NCBI GenBank assembly: GCA_037146775.1
Contig: JBAWWL010000005.1
Span: forward strand, 33,848 to 97,847
Origin: Candidatus Omnitrophota bacterium
GTDB taxonomy: Bacteria; Omnitrophota; Gorgyraeia; Duberdicusellales; 4484-171
DNA: 64,000 nt
Direction of reading: 5' to 3'
The notes under the pieces were generated by a model. The model did no database searches and was not told the DNA's origin. It saw nothing but the letters and a program-made list of their open reading frames with translations. Below, piece by piece: positions 1-8,167 of the stretch. A program made the position numbers and the translations under genes. Each line of letters begins with the position of its first letter. Within the stretch, counting starts at the first letter, position 1.

Positions 1-2
1 AC

Positions 3-299
3 GTGGTATCAACGGGAAAAAATAACTCTACACCGGTGGGTGTTTTTAAAATTATCAATAAAGAAATCAACCCTACCTGGTTTAAGACCGGTGCGGTTAT
101 CCCCTCCGGTAGTCCAGAGAATATTCTAGGTACGAGGTGGATGGGTATCGAGAAGAAAGGATACGGCATACACGGTACTACGGAACCAGAACAACTGGGT
201 AAACAGGTTACCCTCGGCTGCGTGCGCATGAAAAATGAAGAAGTTGAAGAGTTGTACGATATCGTTCCCACGGGAACGGAAGTTACAATTATTGATTAA
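3..299 (+). CDS. L,D-transpeptidase (YkuD/ErfK family), C-terminal part; 5' end runs off the window
   Basis: GIHGT...LGCVRM catalytic His/Cys motif and NILGTRWMG. Confidence 0.9.
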   Translation: MVSTGKNNSTPVGVFKIINKEINPTWFKTGAVIPSGSPENILGTRWMGIEKKGYGIHGTTEPEQLGKQVTLGCVRMKNEEVEELYDIVPTGTEVTIID

Positions 300-307
300 A
301 TAATAAC

Positions 308-359
308 GATTCCGGTGATTAGGAGAATGATTCCAGAGATTTCAAAAATCACTGTAATC
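308..359. repeat. Short GATT-based direct/inverted repeat hairpin at a gene junction
   Basis: gattccggt gatt...gattccaga gatttc followed by inverse aatcactgt aatc; similar to 48651-48722. Confidence 0.5.
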
Positions 360-372
360 AACTTAAAAAAAT

Positions 373-1323
373 ATGGAAAGCTGGGATTTCGAAAAACCGG
401 TTATTGAAATAGAAAAAAAGATCGGAGAGCTTAAAAAGTTTTCCGAAGAGAAAGACGTTGATTTGTCTTCGGAGATCAACAGTTTGGAGAAGAAACTAAA
501 AACACTTAAGAAAGGAATTTATTCTAATTTAGTTCCCTGGCAGAAAATTCAAATTGCCCGCCATCCTCACCGGCCAGCCACTCGTGATTATATCGATGCC
601 ATTATGAAAGATTTCGTCCTTTTGCACGGCGACCGTCTCTTTGGTGACGACAAGGCCATTATTTCAGGATTCGCCACATTAGACACTCAGAAAGTAGCGG
701 TCATCGGTCATCAAAAAGGCAGAGACACAAAAGAAAATATTGCCCGCAACTTCGGCTGCGCGAATCCCGAAGGTTATCGTAAAGCGATACGTATTATGCG
801 TTTGGCGGAACGTTTCGCCATGCCTGTTATTTGTTTCGTGGATACACCGGGCGCTTATCCCGGTATCGGCGCAGAAGAGCGGGGCCAGGCTTTAGCTATC
901 GCGGAAAATATCCGGGACATGTTTTATATAAAAACGCCTATCATAGTAGTGGTGATTGGGGAAGGCGGCAGCGGTGGAGCGCTGGGTATCGGCGTAGGAG
1001 ACAGGGTGATACTTATGGAGTACTCATACTATTCTGTCATTTCTCCCGAGGGCTGCGCCGCTATTCTTTGGAAAAATTCCGAACAAAAAAAAGAAGCCGC
1101 CAAAGTGTTAAAATTAACCGCTCCGGATTTATTAGCCTTGGGCGCGATTGATGAGATTATCCCCGAGCCGGAAGGCGGCGCTCATCGTAACCCTGCGGAA
1201 GCGGCAAAAAATTTAAAAGAAACTCTGCTTAGGAACTTGAATATATTAACCGGCATTAACCTTGATAAGCTTCTTGAACTGCGTTATATGAAGTTTAGGA
1301 AGATGGGGGTTTTTAAGGAGTGA
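373..1323 (+). CDS. accA: Acetyl-CoA carboxylase carboxyltransferase alpha subunit
   Basis: ARHPHRP, HGDRLFGDD, DTPGAYPGIGAEERGQ, GEGGSGGALGI, YSVISPEGCAAILW. Confidence 0.98.
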   Translation: MESWDFEKPVIEIEKKIGELKKFSEEKDVDLSSEINSLEKKLKTLKKGIYSNLVPWQKIQIARHPHRPATRDYIDAIMKDFVLLHGDRLFGDDKAIISGFATLDTQKVAVIGHQKGRDTKENIARNFGCANPEGYRKAIRIMRLAERFAMPVICFVDTPGAYPGIGAEERGQALAIAENIRDMFYIKTPIIVVVIGEGGSGGALGIGVGDRVILMEYSYYSVISPEGCAAILWKNSEQKKEAAKVLKLTAPDLLALGAIDEIIPEPEGGAHRNPAEAAKNLKETLLRNLNILTGINLDKLLELRYMKFRKMGVFKE

Positions 1324-1838
1324 TAATTCAGAAACTTATCATTCTGGGGATTTTAAAAAAAGGGCCAAAACACGGATATCAGATAAAGAAAATTATTCAA
1401 AACGAATTAGGCCTTTTTTCCGAGCCGGAAACTCAATCTATTTATTATCCCCTCAAGCAGATGGAAAAGGGTGGCCTGATCAAAAAAGAAGTGGTTAAGG
1501 CCAAAGGCCGCCTGCCGCATTATACCTACACGATTACTCCCCACGGAAGTAAAGAGTTTACCAGACTGGCAATGCAAGCTTTACTTTCTCGCAAGCGCCC
1601 TTTTATTGATATCGACATCCCGTTATATTTTTTACCCTATCTGGACAAGAAGGAAGTTGTCGCCCGTCTGCGGCTGCGTAAACGTTTCCTGGAAAAAGTA
1701 AAAGAGTGGCTCGAGGCAAAGCTATGTACCCGCAAGGAATTTTCTTTTCAGCAACTGTTGTTGTTAAAGCACAATCTTAATCTGCTTACCGCCGAAGAAA
1801 AATTCTTGGAGGAAATGACCCAAGCTATACGGACATAG
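1320..1838 (+). CDS. PadR-family transcriptional regulator
   Basis: ILGILKKGPKHGYQIKK...SIYYPLKQMEKGGLI...YTITPHG winged helix; GTGA overlap with accA. Confidence 0.88.
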   Translation: MIIQKLIILGILKKGPKHGYQIKKIIQNELGLFSEPETQSIYYPLKQMEKGGLIKKEVVKAKGRLPHYTYTITPHGSKEFTRLAMQALLSRKRPFIDIDIPLYFLPYLDKKEVVARLRLRKRFLEKVKEWLEAKLCTRKEFSFQQLLLLKHNLNLLTAEEKFLEEMTQAIRT

Positions 1839-1861
1839 GACAAAAAAGAGGTGATGCGCCA

Positions 1862-2242
1862 ATGGCAAAAAAAATTTTAATCGTCGAGGATGAACAAGAA
1901 ACATCAGCATTTCTGAAAAATAAGTTGAACCAACTTAACTTTCATACTGAAACTTCCGGAGATGGCGGTGACGCTATAAACAAGATGAAAACATTTATGC
2001 CGGATCTGGTTCTTTTGGATATTATGCTTCCCGTTATTGACGGTATAGAGGTCTTAAAATGGATAAAGACAAACCAGCCTCAGGTCCTGGTGATTATGAC
2101 TACCGCGAAAAAAGAGGTCTCGGACCTTAAAACAGGCTATTCTTTGGAAGCTGATTATTATATTACCAAGCCTTATACTTTTGAGGAAATTATAAAGGGT
2201 ATTAACGTCTTGATGTCGCTTAAGGGCGATGAAGTCAATTGA
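1862..2242 (+). CDS. Single-domain response regulator (receiver)
   Basis: KILIVEDE, PDLVLLDIMLP, MTTA, YITKPY. Confidence 0.93.
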   Translation: MAKKILIVEDEQETSAFLKNKLNQLNFHTETSGDGGDAINKMKTFMPDLVLLDIMLPVIDGIEVLKWIKTNQPQVLVIMTTAKKEVSDLKTGYSLEADYYITKPYTFEEIIKGINVLMSLKGDEVN

Positions 2243-2245
2243 TTC

Positions 2246-2286
2246 CTTCGATTATATTTAGAGCTAGCCTCAAGCGTAGTCGAAGA
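2246..2286. repeat. Degenerate REP-like palindrome
   Basis: cttcgattat...gcgtagtcgaag imperfect inverted repeat immediately after a stop codon. Confidence 0.4.
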
Positions 2287-2287
2287 G

Positions 2288-2316
2288 TTGACACCCCGTA
2301 TAAAAAGTGTTAATCT
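2288..2316 (+). promoter_or_regulatory. Sigma70-type promoter, likely leaderless transcript
   Basis: TTGACA-17 bp-TAATCT with TGn extension; ATG 7 nt downstream and no SD. Confidence 0.65.
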
Positions 2317-2323
2317 GTAATAA

Positions 2324-3664
2324 ATGAAGACAGAATTTTCTATTCATAGCCTTAGCGTAAAGAGAAAAATCTGGATTGCTATTTCGCTTGTTACCTGCAT
2401 CCCTTTCATTCTTCTGTTCCAGTATCTTAGCGGTTACCATATTTCTTTTTGGGCCGGCATGGCAGCGCTCGTGCTTGTTCTGTTAGGCTGGTGGATTGTT
2501 TTTGAGGTTTTTTCTTCAATCGCCAAACTCTATTCGCAATCAAGGAAGACGCTTGAAAAAATAGGCGAATACCCCCCGCTGATAACCAACGAAGTGGAAA
2601 GCCTTGATTCGGTCATTAATATTCTTTCTTCAAAAGTAAAAAGCAGCTTCGAGCAGCTCAAGGAATTTAGCCAGAAAACAGACGAGCTTAGCAAAGAAGT
2701 ATCGAAGAAAGTTTTTGTGTTATCAACCATACTGCAGGCAAACGATTTATTTTCCAAAGAAGTGCCTTGCGAGGAAATACTGCAATTTTTCATCCAGCGT
2801 TTATCCGAAACCTTGCGCATGAAAGTGGCCTTTTTCGCCTGCCGCAGCAATGAGGCAGGGAAATTGGTGGTGGTTACGTATATGGGAGTGGATGTTTCCA
2901 AAGTTGAGAATATTTTTGAAAAAGATCAAGCCCAGCTATCTAAAATAAAAAGGCCGGTAGTAGTTGATGCCAAAAACAAGTCCGGCGCCTATGCGGTGTT
3001 ACCCAAAGAATTGGGGACAGAAAATATTGTTCTTAACCCGGTAATATCAAAGGGTCAAATCATCGGCCTGTTGTGTGTCGGCAACAATGACGATAGTTTT
3101 GTGTTCAACGATGACGATCTGAACACCTTAAATCTTTTCTCGCAGAATGTTTCCCTTATCTGGGAACACGAGAAGCTCTCTGTCAAGGTAGATGAGCTTG
3201 AGGTGTTTGATTACTTGACCGGTTTGTATAACGAAAAGTTTTTAATAAAACGTCTGGATGAAGAGATCGGTAGGGCTTTAATTTATCAGCGGCCGTGCGG
3301 TTTCTTGTTGCTGGAAATATCGAATTACGATGATTACCAGAAAAACGTGGGGCTTTTGGAGGCCGAGAAGCTGGTTAAAAAAGCGGGAAAAATTTTTAGA
3401 GAAACTCTGCGGCCTATCGATATTCCCGCTAGGCTTGGGCCGAATCGCCTCGGCGCAATACTGATCGAAAAAAATAAACGGCAATCACAAACGGTTGCGC
3501 AGAGCGTCAAAGAAAGATTGATCTACGTGTTTAAAGAGCAAATCGACCTGACTTTTTCGGTGGCTGAGAACCCCATAGACGGCACTACCGCCCAAGAACT
3601 CATACAGTTCGCCCAAACTCACATTAGCCCGTCAGGAGCCAATGAACTCCCCCAAAAGGATTGA
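2324..3664 (+). CDS. Membrane protein with GAF and degenerate GGDEF domains (probable c-di-GMP receptor)
   Basis: Two N-terminal hydrophobic helices, coiled coil, GAF (PVISKGQIIGLLCV), DYLTGLYN; GGDEF replaced by GPNRL with RxxD (RPID) retained. Confidence 0.82.
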   Translation: MKTEFSIHSLSVKRKIWIAISLVTCIPFILLFQYLSGYHISFWAGMAALVLVLLGWWIVFEVFSSIAKLYSQSRKTLEKIGEYPPLITNEVESLDSVINILSSKVKSSFEQLKEFSQKTDELSKEVSKKVFVLSTILQANDLFSKEVPCEEILQFFIQRLSETLRMKVAFFACRSNEAGKLVVVTYMGVDVSKVENIFEKDQAQLSKIKRPVVVDAKNKSGAYAVLPKELGTENIVLNPVISKGQIIGLLCVGNNDDSFVFNDDDLNTLNLFSQNVSLIWEHEKLSVKVDELEVFDYLTGLYNEKFLIKRLDEEIGRALIYQRPCGFLLLEISNYDDYQKNVGLLEAEKLVKKAGKIFRETLRPIDIPARLGPNRLGAILIEKNKRQSQTVAQSVKERLIYVFKEQIDLTFSVAENPIDGTTAQELIQFAQTHISPSGANELPQKD

Positions 3665-4082
3665 GAAGCCTCTTGGCCAGATCTTGGTAGAAAGAGGTGT
3701 GATTAACCCCACACAACTCGAAAGGGCTCTTGATCTTCAGAAGAAAGAAGGCGGCCTTATCGGCGAGGTAATCGTAAAACTTGGTTTTGCTAAAGAGGAA
3801 GATATTGCCCATTGCCTTTCATTGCAATTCGGCTTTCCATACCTGCCCCTTGAAAACTACGAGGTATCCAGAGAGGTGGTTAGCCTTATCCCGAAAGGCG
3901 TCGCCAGCCACTACTGTTTGATTTCCCTCGATAAGATAGGCAATACCGTTACTATCGCTATGGCTAATCCGTTAAATCTTCAGGCAATAGAAGATTTGGA
4001 AGATTTAACCAAGAGTGATATTCAGGTATTTGTGAGCACGCCGACGGACATACGCAAATGTATAGAAAAATTCTATACCTAA
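3642..4082 (+). CDS. Stand-alone MshEN / GspE-PilB N-terminal domain protein
   Basis: KPLGQILVERGVI...LERALDLQ and LIGEVIVKLGF tandem motif, TIAMANPLN; no ATPase domain. Confidence 0.85.
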   Translation: MNSPKRIEKPLGQILVERGVINPTQLERALDLQKKEGGLIGEVIVKLGFAKEEDIAHCLSLQFGFPYLPLENYEVSREVVSLIPKGVASHYCLISLDKIGNTVTIAMANPLNLQAIEDLEDLTKSDIQVFVSTPTDIRKCIEKFYT

Positions 4083-4120
4083 AAGTTTCAGTTTTGTGCC
4101 GTTCCCGCCGCTAGGATATT

Positions 4121-5851
4121 ATGCTGAAAGAAAAATTTACCGATTATTTGCTTGAGAAAAAATTAATTTCCAAAGAAGACCTGGAAAAGGTCCTTACTCT
4201 TCAGAAAGAGAAGGGCGGTTCCCTGGTCGAACTTTTCATAAAGCTTGGGTGCATGCAAGAGGCTCAACTTCTTAATATTCTTTCCGGCTACCTCTCTATT
4301 CCGCCGATGCGGGTGATCAATCTGGCTATCGCCCAGGAGACTATCAGCTTAATTTCCGAACGTTTTGCCCGCAGTTTCCACGTTATCCCCATCGGTAAAA
4401 TCGGTAACAGCATTACTCTGGCTATGGCAGACCCCCTGAATGTGGTGGTTATCGACGACTTAAAGAAAATTACCGGTTGTGAGATTAACCCGGTGATTGC
4501 GCCTTTGTCGGAAATAAAAGAAGCCATTATTGCCCATTACACCCGGCCGCCCACAGACTCTATCGAAGAGATCATCAAGGGCCAAAAAGCGGAAGCAATC
4601 GAAATTATTAAGCAGGAAAAAGTATTGCAGAACCAAACCCTGGAAACCATTGACGAGGCGCCGGTAATGAAATTTACCAACTCGCTGCTTAAACGGGCTG
4701 TGTCTGACCGGGCATCGGACATCCTGTTAGAGCCTTTAGAGAAATCAAGCAGGGTAAGATTCCGTATCGACGGGCTTCTGCGGGAGGTAGAGACATTTTC
4801 CAAAAAAATCCACCCTTTTGTGATATCGCGCATCAAGGTTATGTGTAATCTTAATATCGCGGAGCACCGCTTGCCTCAAGAAGGAAGGTTCCGTAGCTCA
4901 ATTTTAGAGCGTAGCGTAGACTTCCGAGTTTCGATTGTGCCTTCCAGCTTAGGGGAGAAAGTTGCTATGCGTATTTTAGATAAAAATACCGCGCTTTTGG
5001 ATTTGGAGCTGTTGGGCTTTGAGGCTGACGTGCTCAAACAGATGAGAGCAGACAGTAAAAGGCCTCACGGTTTAATGTTGGTGTGCGGCCCGACCGGCTC
5101 AGGTAAAACCACCAGCCTTTACTCGGTTATTTCCTATATTTATAGTCCGGAGCGTAACATTATCACTGTAGAAGACCCTATAGAGTATCAGTTAAAAGGT
5201 ATTAACCAGGTAAGCATTAATCCCGCCATCAACCTGACTTTTGCTTCGTGCTTGCGCTCAATCTTGCGCCAGGATCCGGATATTATCATGGTGGGTGAAA
5301 TCAGGGATTTTGAAACCGCAGATATTACCATCAAGGCGGCTCTCACCGGCCATTTGGTTTTTTCAACCCTGCATACCACAACCAGCGCCGGCTCTGTTAC
5401 CCGTCTTATCAATATGGGCATTGAACCATTCCTGCTTTCTTCTACTTTAATAAGCGTTCTCTCTCAGCGTTTAGTGAGAAAGCTATGCCCCAAATGCAAA
5501 GAAGAGGCAGTGATCCTTGAAAGTATCCGGGAAAAATATGGTATCGATAAAAAAACGAAACTATACAAGGCAGTAGGCTGTAACTCCTGCCAGCAGACAG
5601 GATATAGAGGCCGTATTGCTTTAAGCGAGTATTTACCGATTTCGCCAAAGATACGGTTTTTAGTGAATGCGGCCACTTCGGAGCACGTGATAAAAAAAGA
5701 AGCCCGTATGTTGGGTATGCGTACGCTGCGTGAAGACGGCATCCTGAAGCTCAACACCGGCCTCACTACTTTAGAGGAAGTGCTTAAGGTAACGGGGGCG
5801 GACGAACCATTGGGGTCAGAAGTCAGAGGTCAGAAGACAGAAGACAGATGA
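4121..5851 (+). CDS. pilB: Type IV pilus/T2SS assembly ATPase (PilB/GspE), copy 1
   Basis: GPTGSGKTT Walker A, TVEDPIEY, LRQDPDIIMVGEIRD, GHLVFSTLHT, two CxxC Zn motifs; last residues encoded by heptamer repeats. Confidence 0.93.
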   Translation: MLKEKFTDYLLEKKLISKEDLEKVLTLQKEKGGSLVELFIKLGCMQEAQLLNILSGYLSIPPMRVINLAIAQETISLISERFARSFHVIPIGKIGNSITLAMADPLNVVVIDDLKKITGCEINPVIAPLSEIKEAIIAHYTRPPTDSIEEIIKGQKAEAIEIIKQEKVLQNQTLETIDEAPVMKFTNSLLKRAVSDRASDILLEPLEKSSRVRFRIDGLLREVETFSKKIHPFVISRIKVMCNLNIAEHRLPQEGRFRSSILERSVDFRVSIVPSSLGEKVAMRILDKNTALLDLELLGFEADVLKQMRADSKRPHGLMLVCGPTGSGKTTSLYSVISYIYSPERNIITVEDPIEYQLKGINQVSINPAINLTFASCLRSILRQDPDIIMVGEIRDFETADITIKAALTGHLVFSTLHTTTSAGSVTRLINMGIEPFLLSSTLISVLSQRLVRKLCPKCKEEAVILESIREKYGIDKKTKLYKAVGCNSCQQTGYRGRIALSEYLPISPKIRFLVNAATSEHVIKKEARMLGMRTLREDGILKLNTGLTTLEEVLKVTGADEPLGSEVRGQKTEDR

Positions 5852-5890
5852 CAGAGGACAGAGGACGGAAAGCAGAAGACAGGGGACAGG
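5814..5890 (+). repeat. Eleven tandem imperfect heptamers (consensus NNNCAGA)
   Basis: ggtcaga agtcaga ggtcaga agacaga agacaga tgacaga ggacaga ggacgga aagcaga agacagg ggacagg, abutting the GTG at 5891. Confidence 0.92.
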
Positions 5891-6256
5891 GTGAAAATTA
5901 AAAGTGTAAAAGATTTGAAAGTATATAATATTGCTTACAGTTTAGCAATGGAAATATTTACAACAACAAAGAGTTTTCCCAAAGAAGAAATTTATTCATT
6001 AACAGACCAGATTAGGCGTTCTTCCCGTTCGGTGGCGATTAACATAAGGGAGGGTTTTGCAAAACGAAGATACGAGCAAGTATTTACACGTCATTTAAAT
6101 GATGCTTTTGGTTCTAGTGAAGAAACGAGAGGTTGGCTGAATTTTGCTAAAGATTGTCAATATATATCGCAGAAAATATACGAAAAATTAGATAAGCAAT
6201 ACGATGAGTTAAACGCAATGATATACGTTCTTATGAATAGTTGGCACGCTTTCTAG
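5891..6256 (+). CDS. Four-helix-bundle protein (23S rRNA intervening-sequence protein family)
   Basis: KDLKVY...FPKEEIYSLTDQIRRSSRSVAINIREGF...AFGSSEET signature. Confidence 0.92.
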   Translation: MKIKSVKDLKVYNIAYSLAMEIFTTTKSFPKEEIYSLTDQIRRSSRSVAINIREGFAKRRYEQVFTRHLNDAFGSSEETRGWLNFAKDCQYISQKIYEKLDKQYDELNAMIYVLMNSWHAF

Positions 6257-6284
6257 GTAAGAGCGATCAGGGGGGCAGATAATA

Positions 6285-6330
6285 TCTGACTTCCGACTTC
6301 TGACCTCTGTCTTCTGATCTCTGTTTTCTG
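6285..6330 (-). repeat. Six-plus tandem heptamers in inverted orientation (TCTGNNN)
   Basis: tctgact tccgact tctgacc tctgtct tctgatc tctgttt tctg. Confidence 0.9.
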
Positions 6331-6339
6331 GAGGAAAAC

Positions 6340-8019
6340 GTGAATGTAAAAGAGAAAATTTTAGACTACATCAAAACAACCAAGCCGATAGAGAAGGGGC
6401 TTTTGAAAAACATTGAAGGCACGGCAGATTATACTCATTTTAAACACATGCTTATTGAACACAATTTAATCAGCGAGGAGGAGTTGCTTCTTGTATTTTC
6501 CAAAGAATTCAAAATGCCTTTTTTAGACTTAAAAAAATACCGCATACCGCACAAAAGCAAAGATTTGATTCCCCGGGAAACCGCTTTTAAATACCGGGTT
6601 TTCCCTTTGTGTAAAATCGGCACTGTCCTGACTATCGCTACTTCTAATCCCCTGGATATTATTGCTTATGACGATATAAAAATAATTACCGGCGTTGAAA
6701 AGGTGGATTTGGTTCTTTGCCGCGAGGAAGATATTTTGAAAGCGCTCGATAACCTATACAAAATGGATGATATCAGCAAATTAGTAGATGAAGATTCTTC
6801 TATCGAGGTCGGTGAAGCTTTCGAAGCGAAAGAATCTTTAGAAACTTTAATCGAAGAAAGCAGCCGCCCGCCGATCGTGCGAGCGGTTGATTTGTTTATT
6901 TATAATGCGCTCAAAAAACGGGCGTCGGATATTCATATTGAACCGTATCAGGACAGGCTGCTGGTAAAATACAGGGTGGACGGAGTATTGTGCGAAGAGT
7001 TTAATTTTCCCAAAAAGAACCAGCAAGCTGTTTTAGCGCGCTTAAAAATAATTTCTTCACTGGATATTACCGAATCGCGCCTTCCCCAGGACGGCAGGTT
7101 CAAAGTTAAGTTTGAGGATCGGGAGATTGATTTTAGGGTATCCAGCCTGCCTACGAATTTCGGGGAAAAATTCGTATTGCGGGCGTTGGATAAAGAAAAC
7201 CTTTCTATTGGTTTAAGAAAATTAGGTTTTTCCGAAGAGCCGCTTAGACTCTTTGAGGGTGCGATTAAGGCGCCATTCGGCATTATTATAGTTACCGGTC
7301 CCACGGGGAGCGGGAAATCTACAACCCTGTATTCCATTGTCAGCCAAATAAATACGCCCGAGAAAAATATTGTCACTATCGAAGACCCCATAGAGTACCA
7401 ACTTGAAGGCATTACTCAATTGAGCGTGAGTACGGACATAGGGCTTACTTTTGCCGCCGGCTTGCGTTCAGTGTTACGCCAGTCACCGGATATTATCATG
7501 GTGGGGGAAATCAGAGATTCGGAAACCGCGGACATTGCTATTAAAGCCGCACTTACCGGAGAGATCATACTTTCTACTTTACATACGAATACGGCGGTAG
7601 GCGCGCTTACCCGGCTCATTGATATGGGTATAGAGCCGTTTTTACTTGCTTCCTCTCTGGTTGCTACCACGGCCCAACGTTTAATACGCAAGCTATGCCA
7701 GAAATGCCGGGAAAAATATCAGATAGAAGAAGAGGTCTTGAAAAAATTAAATGTCAACACTAAAACGAACGAATTTTACCGGCCTAAAGGCTGTCATTAT
7801 TGTAATGATACCGGTTATCATGGACGCATTGCGATCTTGGAAGTTTTGCTTTTAGATGATAGAATGAAAGAAATGATTGTTGAGCGCCGTTCAGAAGATG
7901 AGATTACCCAGTATGCCATCAAAGAGCGCGGATACAGGCCTTTGCGTGAAGATGGTATTTTGCGCTGCGTGGAGGGTGTTACTTCGCTTGAAGAAGTGTT
8001 GAGGGCGACGACGGAGTAG
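6340..8019 (+). CDS. pilB: Type IV pilus/T2SS assembly ATPase (PilB/GspE), copy 2
   Basis: ASDIHIEP, RLPQDGR, GPTGSGKSTT, LRQSPDIIMVGEIRD, STLHTN, CxxC pairs. Confidence 0.93.
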   Translation: MNVKEKILDYIKTTKPIEKGLLKNIEGTADYTHFKHMLIEHNLISEEELLLVFSKEFKMPFLDLKKYRIPHKSKDLIPRETAFKYRVFPLCKIGTVLTIATSNPLDIIAYDDIKIITGVEKVDLVLCREEDILKALDNLYKMDDISKLVDEDSSIEVGEAFEAKESLETLIEESSRPPIVRAVDLFIYNALKKRASDIHIEPYQDRLLVKYRVDGVLCEEFNFPKKNQQAVLARLKIISSLDITESRLPQDGRFKVKFEDREIDFRVSSLPTNFGEKFVLRALDKENLSIGLRKLGFSEEPLRLFEGAIKAPFGIIIVTGPTGSGKSTTLYSIVSQINTPEKNIVTIEDPIEYQLEGITQLSVSTDIGLTFAAGLRSVLRQSPDIIMVGEIRDSETADIAIKAALTGEIILSTLHTNTAVGALTRLIDMGIEPFLLASSLVATTAQRLIRKLCQKCREKYQIEEEVLKKLNVNTKTNEFYRPKGCHYCNDTGYHGRIAILEVLLLDDRMKEMIVERRSEDEITQYAIKERGYRPLREDGILRCVEGVTSLEEVLRATTE

Positions 8020-8060
8020 AACAGATGACAGACGTCAGAAGACAGAAGGCAGAGGGCAGA
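8019..8060 (+). repeat. Six tandem NNNCAGA heptamers
   Basis: gaacaga tgacaga cgtcaga agacaga aggcaga gggcaga starting at the pilB2 stop. Confidence 0.88.
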
Positions 8061-8069
8061 AGGTTGGGG

Positions 8070-8162
8070 GATTAACGCGTTGCACGATTAACGAATTGAG
8101 GTATTAAACAATTTTTTAATTCGTTAATTCTTTAATCATTTAATGCATTAATTATTTAATAA
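8070..8162. repeat. Octamer direct plus inverted repeat array (TTAA core)
   Basis: gattaacg cgttgcac gattaacg aattgagg tattaaac then tttaattc gttaattc tttaatca tttaatgc attaatta tttaataa. Confidence 0.7.
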
Positions 8163-8167
8163 AAACT

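Noticed and set aside
2324-3664. Active diguanylate cyclase
   Set aside because: GGDEF and the metal-binding DxD region are degenerate.
5814-5890. CRISPR array
   Set aside because: Units are 7-nt tandem repeats without spacers; no cas genes seen.
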